From contig NC_092671.1 of assembly GCF_964355755.1 (NCBI RefSeq), positions 7,936,001 to 8,000,000 of the forward strand: 64,000 nucleotides of DNA, written 5' to 3'. How positions within the stretch are numbered: position 1 is the first letter of the stretch; every line of letters begins with the position of its first letter. The translations under genes were made by a program, and so were the position numbers. Source of the stretch: Antedon mediterranea. Lineage: Eukaryota > Animalia > Echinodermata. Below the pieces are notes generated by a model. It did no database searches and was not told the DNA's origin. It was given only the letters and a program-made list of their open reading frames with translations. Below, one piece after another: positions 27,701-42,916 of this stretch.

Positions 27701-30700
27701 TGAACTAATTTCTTTAATTAAATTATTGAGATATTTATAGAATAATTTAATAATGTAGTAGACGGCGTTACAACAGTTAGAGTGATAGGTCTAAAAACAA
27801 ATGAAGAAAACAACTGAATACCAACAGTGGGGGCGGTATAGCATTTATTTTATTAGCCGTTAATATTTATTGCGCCCCCAACGAATGAAAAATACTAAAC
27901 TTTTTAATAACATTATAATTTTAAGAATAATACCACTGCCAATCCGAGTAAAAATACAAGTCATAGATTGTATTGATAAGTATGCTAATTTACATTAAAC
28001 AATCGTTGATATATAATAATATAGTAATATTTTGTTATGTATTAAATACATTGAAACACGAAAGTACTCTGTAATAAAATAAACAATTTTTTAAAAAAAC
28101 ATTATGAACAACTATAACTATAAAATATCAAAACTATAATAGGGCATGCGGCTTGTGTACGCGCGTGCGCCAATTTATCTGTGTGGAGTCAATGATGACG
28201 TTATACATAAACCAAAATAAACAATTTAATATATCTAAATCTAATTGTTTTAAAGGTAAAACAATGAGTACAACTAAGAACCGAGAAAAATACAAGATTA
28301 AAATGTATAGGCAAAATATAAACTTATTGACAATTTTTATATTGGAACAAAACAACAATTTCTAAAATAATATTCAATTTACCGTGCCGGAAAGTTTCCA
28401 AACAAATGAACATTATCCTTAACCCTCAATTAATAATAAATCATAATTATTAGTATTAGTACGGTACTAGTGGACGCGCCCCATTTTGGTGTCCTTGATA
28501 GAGCGTCCATTTAGTCGACCACGGCCGGTAGCATCAAACATTTCGATATTGTTTTGTATTTTGTTTGTTTGTTTATATATTTGCATATGTTTCGTGTATC
28601 ACCCCGAGTACAGGTGAGACAGAAAACATAAATTATCAATATTTGCTCTCCGGTATAACCTTTCCAGACTTTAGTTTAGAAGGTTCGTTAAACATTTCTG
28701 ATATACTAGCATATTCCAATTAGTGCCGACAAGAGTTGGGACTTGAAAAATAAACAATTACAGCATCAGCTGATTTTCACGAAGTCGTCTTCGGATCATA
28801 AATTTAGGCGGCTGTCAACCTATGACGTCTTACCATTTTAATTTACGATCTTTCTTAATCAAGCGCCCCCTATAGTTTGTTAACTTTTGACAAACGCCAT
28901 CTGTTGATGCCAACTAGTTGTTTTTTTTTCCAATGTTTTTGTAAATAAAACTATAACAACTGTACAGTAAGTATCAATTTCTGGCATGTGTATTTTCCCA
29001 AAGATTTATTATTACATTTAACATACCAAATGCTGTCTTCAATTTCAAAAGTGTATATTTGAACTATAGTATTATTACTAAATAATTGGGAACAAACAAA
29101 CTGTCTCCGTAATACGAGTAGGGGTGGTTCATACTGTCATACATATATATTTCCCCTTGTTCGTTTCACGATGAACTGTCCCTTACAAGGGTGTGCCATA
29201 AAATGGGGGTTCTAATGTTGGTTTCGTATACATTAAAGTATGTAGCATGCACGCTATTAGTATTTCGGGAAAGTGAAAGGCATTTTATTCGGTTTTTCTC
29301 TAACAATAAGGATATGGATAATGATAAGTAATTGGTCTACAAAAAGCATATCTAAAAGATATAATACGATTATTGAATATAGGCTACCTAGGCTAAGAAT
29401 GTATCAGACTGAGAACTATATGTAAATTATTTCTTGCTGATGTCAAGCTTGTCAGAATTTTTAGCTTGAAACATAGCGTGACCTAACTATACCTAGGCCA
29501 TCATTTTCGGTCGTAAAAACTTGACACAATGACCTTGTACCGTTTTGATATATACATATTTTAAGCTTGACCTTACGTCAGGTGTCCATTTATTTTCCAA
29601 AAACTACAGTGAAGCTGGGTAGTAAACAAGTTATAATGATTTAAATTTCAAAGATCTGAAGAAGCGCTATGATGCATGAGGTCACTTTACATGCCATTTG
29701 ATTAGGGACTCATTTTAAAATAAAGCAAGAAGATAAACCATTACATGCCTATATTCAATTATGATCTACCTCTACAGTTAGGCCTACAATAAGAACCCAA
29801 AGAAAATGTCCAGTGTACCCGAACCAATATAGATATTACAAAAAAATGGTATTAAAAAACAACCTATTAGTGGCAGTACCTAGTGCGCATAGTAATACAA
29901 TGTTGTAACAGACATTTTAAGGCTGGAATTTTAAGAACCTGAACATTTGCTTTTTACACAAAAATAAGTACAGGCCTAAATTAATGTTAATAATGCAAAG
30001 AGCATTAAAAACGATTAGAACAAGCAAATCAACATTTCAAAATTAAAACCAATGAAAAATCAAATGTATCGAAGTCTGAACTAAAACATTTAACTGATTC
30101 TACTAAATTATACTTTGGCATAATTATTACTAATAAAACATAAATGTATAATACTCATCATAACAAGTAATTACTATTAATTTACCGAGTTTTTTAGTAC
30201 AGGTTAAAGAATAATAATAAAGTTGAAAATATCACTTACAGAAACCGTTAATACATGTTATTTTTCTAATTAATCATTCTGTCAATATAACGTAAACCAT
30301 TAAATGTCCAAAATATGATTTCTTTCTGTTTTAATGCAATATGATCAATTGTTGACATATCAATGTCATGCCAGTGATGCAGAACAAAGGTTGAGAGATG
30401 CGGTGGTTTCCTACCCTAAAAATAATCGGATGCCGCCTATTTTGCACTTTTTAAATATAAAACGCTCCTATTTTTATTTTGCTATCACGTCATTTCAAAT
30501 AACGAAACTACTACTTCATTCATCTTCAATATCAACAAATATTGCCTGTTAAGAATTATGTGAAATCAGCTCCATCGCATTACTGTGAATATGCGTAAAT
30601 AAATACATAGATACTATACCGTTAATAATAATAATAATATTTATTCGGCAAAAGTTCATAAAGTACATTTTACAATTCATCTTGTTCGTACACTAGTTGA

Positions 30701-32410
30701 ACTTAAATAATAAAATAAAAGGAATACAACTGATAAAAAAGGCTGTGGTGGGTACCAATGGTTGGATCAAGGAAATACAAATAAAATAAACAAAAAAAGC
30801 TATATATTTCAAATCAAAAGTAAAATAGCCAGAAAGAAGCATTCGTTAGGGCTAATATTATTCCATTTGTATCTTTATGATTAACAGGTTGTTTATGAAA
30901 ATAATGGGTTGTTCTCGTGATAAAAAAAAATGATAACATTTGTTCGTTTGGGGAAAATAAATGTGGTAGATGATATCGATCAATTAAATTATATTGATGA
31001 AAAACAAACGAGCTAACACTTTGTCGGTTCTTTGATACTCGATGCTACCGCCACCATCTGTGTTGTTGTATAAAGTTGTAACAGTGATTTGTTTGTACGT
31101 TAATCGTTGTGCTAATAGTGACAATAATGGGGTAGTTTACAGGTGAAGTTGGCATTTGTAGCTCTATCACTGTCTAGTTAAATACTTAACAGGTTCATAA
31201 CGTTTGGTTATTATATTAACAGAGTACAATTCTTTAAAATAATACCAGGAACGTCAGTAAAATAAAACAGGGAGGTGGTTTTATTTTTGAACTGTTAGTA
31301 TTATGTTTCCTTTGCCTAAAGTTTTTTTTTTAGTTTCAGTTTATCCATGTTTTACCCGATTTAAGAGCTTTCTAATGTAATAATATTTAAATATTTATCA
31401 ATTGTATTATATTGTTTGTCAAATTTCGTGAAGTTTGTATATATACTTTAAACATTTTAATTTTATTTTACATGTACCATTTTAAGGCCAATTGAACAAT
31501 AGTTGTTATTTTAACGTCTGGATTTAGACTTTTTAGAGGATTTACTATTAGCTATTTTCGACAATTTAAAAATGGTGATATGCCTATTAACTATCATATC
31601 GAAAAACTACAATTTACGATCAATTAACTAACGATTCGATGGTAATCCGTGCGATTTTAATGATAAATTGAACGATTTGTTGATTTGTCTTGAATTGAAC
31701 CGACCATTGGATAAAAATAGCAAACACTAAAAAATGTAATGCGGCTAAACAATTTTAAGAAGCAGGGGACGTTAAACTAACTTTGAAATAAAATCTATAG
31801 ACTGAATAATTTAAGATCGTATGCAAAGTGTGGGTGTCTATCTAAAAATCAATCCTGTGTAGGCCTACTACATTGTAATAACAAAATCTCAGATCTGTCA
31901 AATTCGTGACTTCGATCTGATTAATTAATAATAAAAAGTTGATTTATACACGCATGTCATTCTAACAAAAGCTCTGATTTTTGTCAGATGGGGCATATAG
32001 CGGTATACCTCCATGCGTGGACCCAATTGGGTTTATTTTCCCAAAGTATCCACAAAACACATAAAATTTCATTTGAAAGTGGATGGTTGGTCAGCGCACG
32101 ATTTTTTTTTATACAAGCGTACATGTGTTGATGGCAAAGTCGCGACAAAGGTATTCAGCGCATGTGGACAGGCTGAGTTTTGTTTTTCGGCTGTCATGAG
32201 TAAATTGTAAATCATGCAGAGGTGAGCTGGAGATGGTACCAAGGACAGTGTTCACCTGTATTCACTTGTACACAAGTGTCATGCACTAATCTTGTAAATC
32301 AAAAATCATTATTGGTACATCAGCAAACATCTCGAATGCGCATGCTCGTTACAAACGACCTTTAATCAGTTGTTAATTAGCATACGAACAATTATTGAGG
32401 AAAAATATTG

Positions 32411-32647
32411 CGAAATTGCAATACATCAAAAGGTAAATTACTGAGTAATGCAAAGATAGGTAAATTGAAATAATTACCGATACCTGTTTTATGGTTATTG
32501 AATACTATTTCGAAAAATTATGATTATGAAATTGCGATACATCAAATGTATATTACTGAGTAATCCAAAGATAGGTAAATTGAAATAAGTATACTGATAC
32601 CATTCATGGTGATTGAATAATATTTCGCAATATTATTATTATGAAAT
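32411..32647. repeat. Tandem duplication, about 116-bp unit, 2 copies
   Basis: GAAATTGC(A/G)ATACATCAAA...TTACTGAGTAAT(G/C)CAAAGATAGGTAAATTGAAATAA occurs twice. Confidence 0.9.
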
Positions 32648-35600
32648 GTTTCTATGTTTAGGCTTATGCATTAAACATGTGTTATACCATAATCTTCTTT
32701 TGAGGACAACAATTCAAATAATAAAATGTGCTATGTTGATATTATATAAATAATAAAATAAAAATGGTATGTTTATATATAATAACCGTTTGTTAAAACT
32801 ACATGTTTTAATTCGTTACTAATAAAACATTTAATACGTCATTAAAAAAAAATCAGTTCTACTAAAATTATAAATACGGTTGTTATTAGCAATAAACCGC
32901 GTGTCGGAAAAAAGTGTTAACCTTTACTTATATAAGTATAAGTAAGTTGATTATTCTTAAACGTAATCCAATTAAAATTTATAAGCTTTTTTTAATAAAA
33001 TGAAACAACTTCACTCCTACCATATATAACAGCTTAATCATGCTGTATAGTACATTCTAACTAATTTTATATTCAAGGATAATAAGCCTATTTACTTTAA
33101 ACTAAGGTTTACTACGAATATAAAACAACAGAAAAACTAATCTGTTGTGAGTATATTCAAGGAAAAGTGAAATTAATTTCACTCTTTCCAGGTCTTCTAT
33201 TCAATATTATAAACTGCATGGTTGTACAGTATGTGTCGGAGGAACTAGGTTCTGCCACAGTATAAAATAAAATGCTGGCCCTCCTTCCTTATCATCGAAG
33301 GCGTGCGCATAACTTACGACATTCTTCTTAAAAGTAAAGAAAATCTAAACATCCTCAAAAATCGGCCCTGAGCAAAAGACGTATTGGGTAATTAGATAAT
33401 CCAATATGGTCATGTGATTGCAAAACAATCCATTCCTATACATACGTATCTTGTTCTTATTATGGTAGTCTCTCTGACCCAGCAGATAGGCCTAATTTTC
33501 ACGAAGCAGCAAGCACGGCTTGAAAAGGTATTGTAAATTAAATTATAATCTTCTCGTTTTATTATCAGCTTAGATTTTTTTTATTCCTTGTTTAAATTGA
33601 TTTATTTGCGTAGTTTAAATTACATTCGTTTGAGTAAGTAAATTTTTAGTAGCATTCGGAATCATAATAGAGTTACCTGTTTAAATAAAGTTTAACTCAA
33701 CACCATCTTTTTTTAATGGATCTCAATAAATTTAAGATTATGGTTCATAAACAAAAGTTTATTGCGAATCGCAGTAGTTATCCACTACAAGTTAAATGTT
33801 TTATGATGCTCTAAAAAGGGAATTGTTATTACAGTCTTTTGGTAAGGTTATTTTATTGTAGTTTGTGTAGAAATAGTACTTACTAATTTATTTACTGGTG
33901 TACTTAAGATGTAGTTACAATCGTGTTTTTTTGTGTTAAATGTTGTAAAATGTAAGTATGTTGTAACTACAACTTACTATTTAATGTCTAGGTTTATGTA
34001 TAACTATTGCTTTAACACTAATAAAATAGTTGTCAATATTTACTAAATGAAACATAACGATCTGAAGTTAAACACTCTAAAAGAAAAATTATTGCGCCAT
34101 AACTACATATTCGTGTTTGCTTTAAAAATGTGTCGACCGTTCCCGAACTGTAGGCCTACTTCAACATACGAACTAAATCGGCTATATACAAACCTAATTT
34201 CATACAATGAACATTACAATTTATTTCATTTTAACATTACTGTAACAGCATTGCCTTAATAAAACAATTTTTTTTAATGATTTAAACAGTTAATAATTTT
34301 ATTAAGCATTTTTTAACATGCAGTGTTTTTGGACGGTGATTTTGTTAAGTTTAGTTTTAGCATGGAGTAAAGAATAATTTTAGTTAGACCTAATAGAAAG
34401 TGAAAAGAAATAATAATTACTTCATGCTACATAAGCCTACAGATATTGGTAAATCAATCAGTTAAAAACGCATTTTTTTGTGTGTTGCGAATTATTAAAA
34501 TCAACGAGTACTCAATTACGCATTTCCATTTGCTCTACCACTGTCTTAATTTATGTATACGTTAATTAAGCTCAATGTTTTATAACAGCGGAAAGATCAG
34601 ACAGTGATGGCTCTCTTTGATTAATAAAATCATTACGGATGTATAGACACTCGCAACATGATGTGTAGTGTACGGACGACTAGACGGATTGCACGGTGAC
34701 AAAACCAACGTCACTGTATTGTATTATATCTTTTTTTCGAAAGCAATTATTTTGTCCAATTTAAAATTGTGTAAATCGACACGACCAACGTTTAATTTGT
34801 TGTGTTGAATTATCTTCTGAATAAGTACTGTAAAATAAAAACTAAGACCGTACATTACCGGTAAAACAGTATTCAGAACATTTATAATTCGTTCAGAATT
34901 GAAATAAGTCAAATATTATTTAAAAAAGTATTACACACTGTGAATTAATTTAGAAAATAGTTAAAATATATTTAGGCTTAATGAAGAAATCTTATCATTA
35001 GTATGTTATAACATTTTTATATATATATACATATATTAAAACATTAAAATTTAAAGATTGAGATAATATTTACAAATATAGGCTACACAAATAAAGAAAA
35101 AAACGAGGTTGGGAAAAATGTAAAGACTTCAATAAAACAAAAACAACTGATAAACCAATTAATTATTTAAAAAAAAACCAAATTGTATTGGCTTGTACTA
35201 GTACATTGTTACAAGACCGGTATCGTTAGACAGCTTTGACCAATACCTCGCATACCATACCTAACAACAGATAATAAATACGACAAAAAAGATCACACTG
35301 GACCTAGTTCCGTTGATAGGTATCACATCCACTACATTATAGTATAGTAATTATTATACTGTAAATTCAAAAACAAATATTTGAACAGTTTTAACATTTT
35401 TATAAAGTTTAATCACTTTATTTTAGTGGTTCACCACTACCTTTATTCATGTTTCATGAATAATATTGATTACATAATTTTTAAACATTTTCTCCTTTAA
35501 AAAAAATTATTTTCTGTTTTTCTCTTTTAAGTATCATTTATAATGTTAACCTTTAGTATGTAATAATTAGGCATAGTATTTATTATATCAGTGAAATCAA

Positions 35601-36690
35601 TAAATTATAATATTTATTATAGGCCTTATAGGCTTATACCTTAGCAATTTAGGAATTAAATAAGCAGATACCCATCATTACGGATATCCTAATTGCAGTC
35701 GCTTATGGAAAATGACCATAGGCTAAAGAAGAAGTTTAATATATATAGGCCTAATAATGTAAGGTAATGCTGACAATGGTTATGGATATTTACAAAACTC
35801 TACATATGTATGACTGCTTAAAATGGTACGGGATGTTGATGAAAATATTGTTTTATATTGAAAGGGAATTTATTGCAATTGCATGAACTAATTGAAACAT
35901 AGCTTCATTGTACAATGAACAGTAAATCAGCATTCTGTTATCTTAGCCAGTGTTGCGACAAATGTTTGCAGTTAATGTTCTTAAGATACACTTGTTAATT
36001 GAATCGTGATTAAATAGGATGTCTTAATCACTACAGCTTGGATTACAATGGCAAAACCTCACATTATTTGATATGTGATTGAACATTATTTTGCTCTAGA
36101 TAAACACGTTGGTCTCAATAGAAATAAGCATAGGCCTACTGTTCTAGTTTTATATAGCAATTTGTCATCATGTGCAATGATCCAACGACATGCTTCCAAT
36201 ACTGTAAAGATACATCATATTTACTATATTATATTTACTAAATTCAAATAACAATAACGTCAAATTATGTTCCAAATGTTCATGAAATTAAGAACACCAA
36301 CAAAAAGTTACAGAAACCGAGGTAAACCGTAATTATGCCAAAAACTGATGGCTAAAAATAAAATAGGCAATGTTATAAGATAAATACTGGACACGCAAAT
36401 CAGGCAAAATTTGAAGTTTAATACCTTCTAAGCCGTTATTATGCCAGATGTAGGCCTACAGTTAGGCCCACTAGAAATGTATGTTTGGTCAGTGTTTCAA
36501 AAAACGATAGGCCCGTTGTACTGTAATGAATAAATGAATATTGATCAGAATCAGTTACTGAATTTGTCTAAAAGTATCTTGTTTTGGGTGTACTTCACAT
36601 TTGATATACCGTATTGAAAGCCGATGTATGTTATATATTTCGTCAACTATATACTGTTGTATTTTCGTCAACTATAATATTTCATCAGTT

Positions 36691-37024
36691 TTTAAACCAA
36701 TGTTAATTACATATAAATCTCTTCACGACAAATCTCCATCATATATTTCCAATTTAATTATACGTAGATCTTCAGTTTGCAAAAGATCTCTTAGGTCGAC
36801 TACTAATCCATCTCCACCCAGCCGCCTTAAGACCTATGGTGATCGAGCTTTTGCAGTTGCAGCTCCTAAACTGTGGAAAAATCTTCCTGATCCTATTAAA
36901 AATGCATCCTCTATTATTTTCTAAACACTCTTAAAAACCCCATCTTTTTTCTTTGTAATTTCTTTCTGTTTTTTTCTCTCAGCGCTTTGGGACAATCTTT
37001 TGATTGTATAAGTGCTATATAAAT
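36691..37024 (+). mobile_element. 5'-truncated L2-clade (CR1 group) LINE remnant: ORF2 C-terminus plus 3' UTR
   Basis: FKPMLITYKSLHDKSPSYISNLI...RSLRS...RLKTYGDRAFAVAAPKLWKNLP...F*TLLKTHLF is a typical L2 ORF2 end with one nonsense codon. It is followed by the L2-type terminus AGCGCTTTGGG...AAGTGCTATATAAAT. Confidence 0.85.
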
Positions 37025-37869
37025 CGAACAACATTAACTACCGCATTTTAAACAGTGTTAAACACAAAATAAAATTAAAGATTTCTTGCTGAATATAAGT
37101 ATATAGTAAAACTCATACAATAACGAAATGTTGCATTGAATGTGGAGTTTTAAAAACAATGGTAGTTTGTTTACCAGTGACATACAGATTCCCATTTCTC
37201 TTGATAAGTGGCAAACTAAATAATTTTGAAACATGAAATTCGAACAAAGTTATAATATTAGCTACTGAGTTATGTTGCTTGTATTTCTTATTGAGATAAA
37301 TAAATGAATGAATATTTTCGTAACAAATTAATAGTAATATTGTTATTTGTATGCAAAACAACTTGACAGATTTCAGTTAAAATCACGATCTGTCACAGGC
37401 TTAAGTAGTTTGCTTGTTTTTAAATTTGTTCGTACTTGATAGGTCTTGGAATGCACCATATGATACGCACTAAACAAACAGGCAAATAAACAGAACACGG
37501 TAAAACAAGGCCTTACAACTTCGAACATGTTAACAAATAAATAGGAAGCATTTGGAACCTTCGAATACTTTAGTTGAAACAATAAGTATAGGCCTACTGA
37601 CCAATAAACAAAATTATATTATTTGTAAAAATCGACGGAATCACCGAACTACGTTAAAATTGTGAACAAATTACTTTTTTAACAAACAAAATAAACAACT
37701 TCTCTGTTGTATCTGCATCAATTGTTCTGTTCTCAAACTTTTGAATACTTTGAGTAGTTCTATAGGCCAAAATAAAATGTTTGTTTTCATCTATCGCAGC
37801 TTCAATTTGTTTTGTTAATTTGTTTTTCCGATTTCTGCTGGGATAACTAACCAGAACAGTATCTATACA

Positions 37870-38250
37870 GTAAACCAAAAAATTGCTTATACCTCTGTTC
37901 AATGCAATGGCGATAACTGTCGACCAATAATAAATAAATAATAATGTAGTACGGATCATAGTAATAGATTAATGATCTGGTATTCCTAATCTAAACCAAA
38001 AACAAGAAATACCGATTGAACTGTCAAACGACCTTTTTATTAATTACATAAACCAAAACATGCTTACCTCTGTTCAATGCAATGACGATACATGTCAATA
38101 ATAATCAATAGTTAATCAATAATAAATAAATACTAATTTAATATGGATCATTATACACTAATAGATTAAAGATCGGTTCGATCTGATCTTCCTGATCCAA
38201 ACCCAACCTAACAAGAAATACCGATAGAACTGTCAAACGACCTTTTATGA
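37870..38250. repeat. Diverged tandem duplication, about 180-210-bp unit, 2 copies
   Basis: TACCTCTGTTCAATGCAATG(G/A)CGATA and AACAAGAAATACCGAT(T/A)GAACTGTCAAACGACCTTTT each occur twice in register. Confidence 0.85.
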
Positions 38251-41200
38251 TTTCATTTAACGTACACGACGCGTCAGAAGATGATTGACCGTATTGAGAC
38301 GCAGATTTGACTTTAATTGTAATAAAATGTCCATCGGCCTCTCTTCTATAATAAATAAAAATGAATCTAAACAATATTTTTAACAGATTTATAATATGAA
38401 AACAAGAAACAATGCAATTTTTAAGAAGTTAAAAGAAAATGAAAACCGATTTACAAAATGTGATCAATAACGATTTTTGTGAAAGAGGAAAGGGGGGATA
38501 AGTAGTTTTATCTTCATCTATCTTTTTGTTTATTATTATTATTTGATATATTTATATAATATAGGCCTATCGTTATGTGTTAAAAATCTTATTTTGGTCT
38601 CCGCTCAATTTTAATTCACTTTGAAATATTTTTTTTCTAAATCACATAATAAAAACAAATTTCTCCTATTTAGGCCTAGTTCAGAAAATAATATTATTTA
38701 CTGTATTATGCGAAATTGGTCGGAGACAATTGTTAATAAATACAAATGAAAACGTACACTTATGTAATGTAGTCCAAGGCACCAATGAAGTACATGTTTC
38801 AATATATGTTTTAATATATTCCTATTGTTTTAAGCCTGAATATTCTTATAGCGGTGTAAAAATGTGATGACTTTGACAAAGACAATGCAAGGCAATTTAA
38901 ACAGTATTATGGTTTTAATTACTACCTAATATAAACATTAACATTTCATAGTAAACATAAGTTGAATCGTTCAGGCATTTTTGTTTTAGAGACCGGAGAA
39001 TTTCCTAAACAATATTCTGCAAATTTTTTTTGTGAAGATGAATGAGAAAAAGCTTTTAAGAAAATTGAAACATTAGATGCATATTATTATTTATTATCAA
39101 CAACGTTAAAATCAAAATCTACTAAAATGTACCAGTAAATACATAATTCATATTGAGTAACCTATCGGTCATTTATATCACGTGATGAAAACAGCCCCCT
39201 CTATATACTATTAACTTTTCTTCTGTTGAACACTAAAATAAATCGTTAATACCAGTAGTAGTACTTTTGTATTACTTTTTGCAATTATAATAATTGTGGA
39301 GAATGTACGATTATTCGCATGCCTTTGAACAATGTGCTAAATGCTAGTATTATAATTGTTTCTGAAGATATAACATTGCGTCGTACATCAGTGGACCTGT
39401 GAATAGTTGTCATCTCATGCTGTTCAGTAAGAAAACGACGAAGGGCTACAGTACGGTACGTGATTAAGCAACTACACAGGTAATTCTAACGATTCTTCCA
39501 ATATCAATTTGGTCGTAATTAAAGGAAACTTCTGTCCATTGCTGAAAAATAAAAAAATGTAGTCATAATTATTAAATATGTTTACATTTAAGCGCATGTC
39601 AAGTTTCAAGTCTTTTGATTAAGCCTGGCATATATATTGCAGAGAATGTTAAGCGGATAGAACCATTATTAGTAGGCCTACAAGAATACAAGAATATTCA
39701 CTTAACAATATTATTCAGAGAATATGATCTCTCAATCTTACTATACCGTGAGTTTGATGTTAGTATTGGACATATTACATACTGGATTTTAGTTACATTA
39801 AAATAAACGGTATGATAGACCTGAACATTAATATAAATACATAAAAACAAACACTTTTAGTCTCACCTACATAATTTAACCATGGAGAAATTACTTATTT
39901 CACCATGATTTATCAGATTTTAGGCATGATGTTTTATCCCAGGTGTGAAGTAAACGGTAAGGAAGATGTATCAATCCTTAATCTTGTTTAAGCTCGCTCC
40001 TCTAGGCTATGTACGTACAGTACCCATCTGTAGCTACATCACACTTAGCGGCATAAAGCTCTTTGATGTTGTCGTATTACTGATAAGGCATTTCCTTAAA
40101 CCATAGAATTGTCAACAACACCATGAATTAATCATTAGCAGACAATTTGAACAATTAAACCGTATGTATCTATTTTGTTCCGTTTGTAATTTTCCCTGCG
40201 TGTGCCTTTGGGTTCCGGGTTTTTCTTCGATATTGCATTGTGTACGGATAATACATCCGAATCCTTCCACGGTAAGATTACAATATACAAAACGTATAGG
40301 CCTACCTGTATACATAACAATTAAATAATATAATGATGGTTATAAAGTTATTACGTTTTTATATTTTTTTTTCGCACCATTAACGGAATAGCAATAACGG
40401 AACATTATTGGTATTCATGTCTGGTGGTATCATTGTTACTAAAGTGGCGCCGTACTCTCAATACTGGTGCGTCCAAATTAGTCGATAATTACAAAAAATA
40501 AAATAATTCGTCTTTATTCGTACACACTATAACAAACAAAATAAACATGTTGATCAAGTTGCACTGCAATATACAATAGTTGTATAAGGCAAAATATTGT
40601 AAAGTTATTTGTATTTGTTTGTAATGAACGCACTATTATGTCGAGAGTGCCGCTGATACAAAAATCATGTACGTTCAAATAATAGTACTATTAGTATAAG
40701 GTTTTACCTTTAAAATAAGTATAACACTCTTACTATGAATACAGTTACACATTTAGAAGATTTACTTCATAAAACATCTGTTGGGCAACTGTTTGTTTTG
40801 TATATAATATAATGATTATTAAATAATAAAAACATTTCTAATGCGCTTTAAAAATAATGTTCAGTGATTTCCATCAGAGCAATTCAGACGGATCGGACTA
40901 AAAGAAACTTTCTCTACGGATTAGGGCCTAAATAGGAGTGTATTTTAAACATTGTAATTAATATAGGCCTAATTAAGCCTATATTAATCAACATTTTTTT
41001 TGTGAGAAGTTTAACATAAATTAAGTTTAATGAATTATTGTACATTGTTACTTATATATAATACTGATATATTTTCAGGTTTAAAAAACCCTCCGAAATG
41101 AAGTATCATATATCATGAAATTGACATCATACCAATTCATTTTTCAAGTTTCACGTTTATAATTTTGTGTTTACAAAAACCATAATCAACCCCCTAATAA

Positions 41201-42885
41201 ATAGAAAGATGTTCTGTTGGGAAGCCGACCAAAAACAATATATCGTGCAAACACTTTCTCAATCTGTCTACAGTCCCGTTAAACAACCGAGTCGGTTCGT
41301 TTGAGAACAAGCTAAATGCCTTCCATGTACTAACCTCACTACGTCCAGTCGCTCATCCGTGGCTGCTAAATGGTCCATAAACTAGTATTTATGTGAAAGT
41401 TACAAGAATAATACCAATTATCATCACCGTAAATCAATTAAATTCGAAAATTATTTGACGTTTTACTACTACATTCGTTAACAATCTAAAACAGACCAAT
41501 AATCATTGAAACTTTTTGTGTCTAACGTTCGGTAATCTTTACATTACAAAGGTCATTTTGTTTTCAATAGGCCTACACTTTACATTATGTAAAAGAGAAA
41601 AATAAAAAAAAAAGTAATTATGTTGGTATTTGTTTCTTTTGATAAAACATGAGGTTAAAAACTGATTATAAATTGATTTAATAAATCTAAAGAGAAAGAA
41701 CCCAGGCAGAGACTATTATTTAGATATAACAGTTCTTACATATTTCAGTAGGCTCAATTTATATTAAAGTATAATACACTGGAACGAACAGCATAAGTAA
41801 GTAAATTACATTAGTTCTTATTACATTAGTTCTTATTTTAAAATTAATTAATATAAAGGAATATCTCGCTTTTTTATTATTTTCACTTGAAAGTGCATTT
41901 ACATATCTGTATATAATTATTCACCGTCTGAAGTTAATTAGTTCAGATGAATTGATTCCATCTGTTACTTTTCTGAATACGAATTATTTAATTATCGAAA
42001 AATAACCTCTATTATAATAAACTGTATTCAACATTATATAAACTATATTCTTTTATAGTATTGATTAAGAAAATCAAATCAGCCTAACATTAGCTTGATA
42101 CGAATGTGTTCAAATCATTCTGTTGATTCGAACACATACAATTAAAAAGAACAAATACATAACGAACAGATAATCGTATGCCCATACCATCTAACTTAGA
42201 ACATTACAACGGCGCGATACATCATTTATATTTATAAGAAGAAAGTAAGTATATAGGCCTATTGACTTTACACATTTTTATATAGTATTATTTAGTGGTA
42301 TACTGTGTATACGTTGGATATCGCATTCGAAGGTCAGTAATAATGTCTAAACAGTGTGAGCTAACATACGTTTTACTGCTACAGTTTGCAGTTGCCTAAT
42401 ATTTCAACACATTATCAAATGTTAGACTACATAATACGTTTGTTGAAATCACCAATAAAATGTACTTTATTGAGATAATCGTTGAGTAGAGATTGTTTAA
42501 TTTTGAAGTCATTTAATCAATTTGCTAAACTTACAACAATTATAAAAAACAACAGGGTAATTTTTTAAATAGCCCGAGTTTTTTTAACAACGGAAACCTA
42601 CAGTAAAACACATCAAATCAATTATTTTGATATTTAAATTCATATAAAATATAAAATGTAATACTTCAGTTCAATGTAAAATGTCTTCTGTACGTCTTCT
42701 ACCGTAGAACACTAAACGCATTTGGTTATAAACTAAAGACGGAGATAATTGAAGTTGACGATGTGTAAAGACAATTTACGATTAACAAAATTTGACTGGA
42801 AATTCATTTACAATTGAGAAATTGAACAAATACAATGTTTTGTAGACTTAAATTCAGTAAATAACTTTAATAAAACAAAACATAC

Positions 42886-42887
<2 letters not shown>

Positions 42888-42915
<28 letters not shown>
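42888..42915. repeat. (AT)n microsatellite
   Basis: About 14 TA units. Confidence 0.9.

Positions 42916-42916
<1 letters not shown>

Noticed and set aside
36601-36924. 107-aa ORF as a host gene
   Set aside because: It is the dead L2 ORF2 tail with a fortuitous upstream extension.
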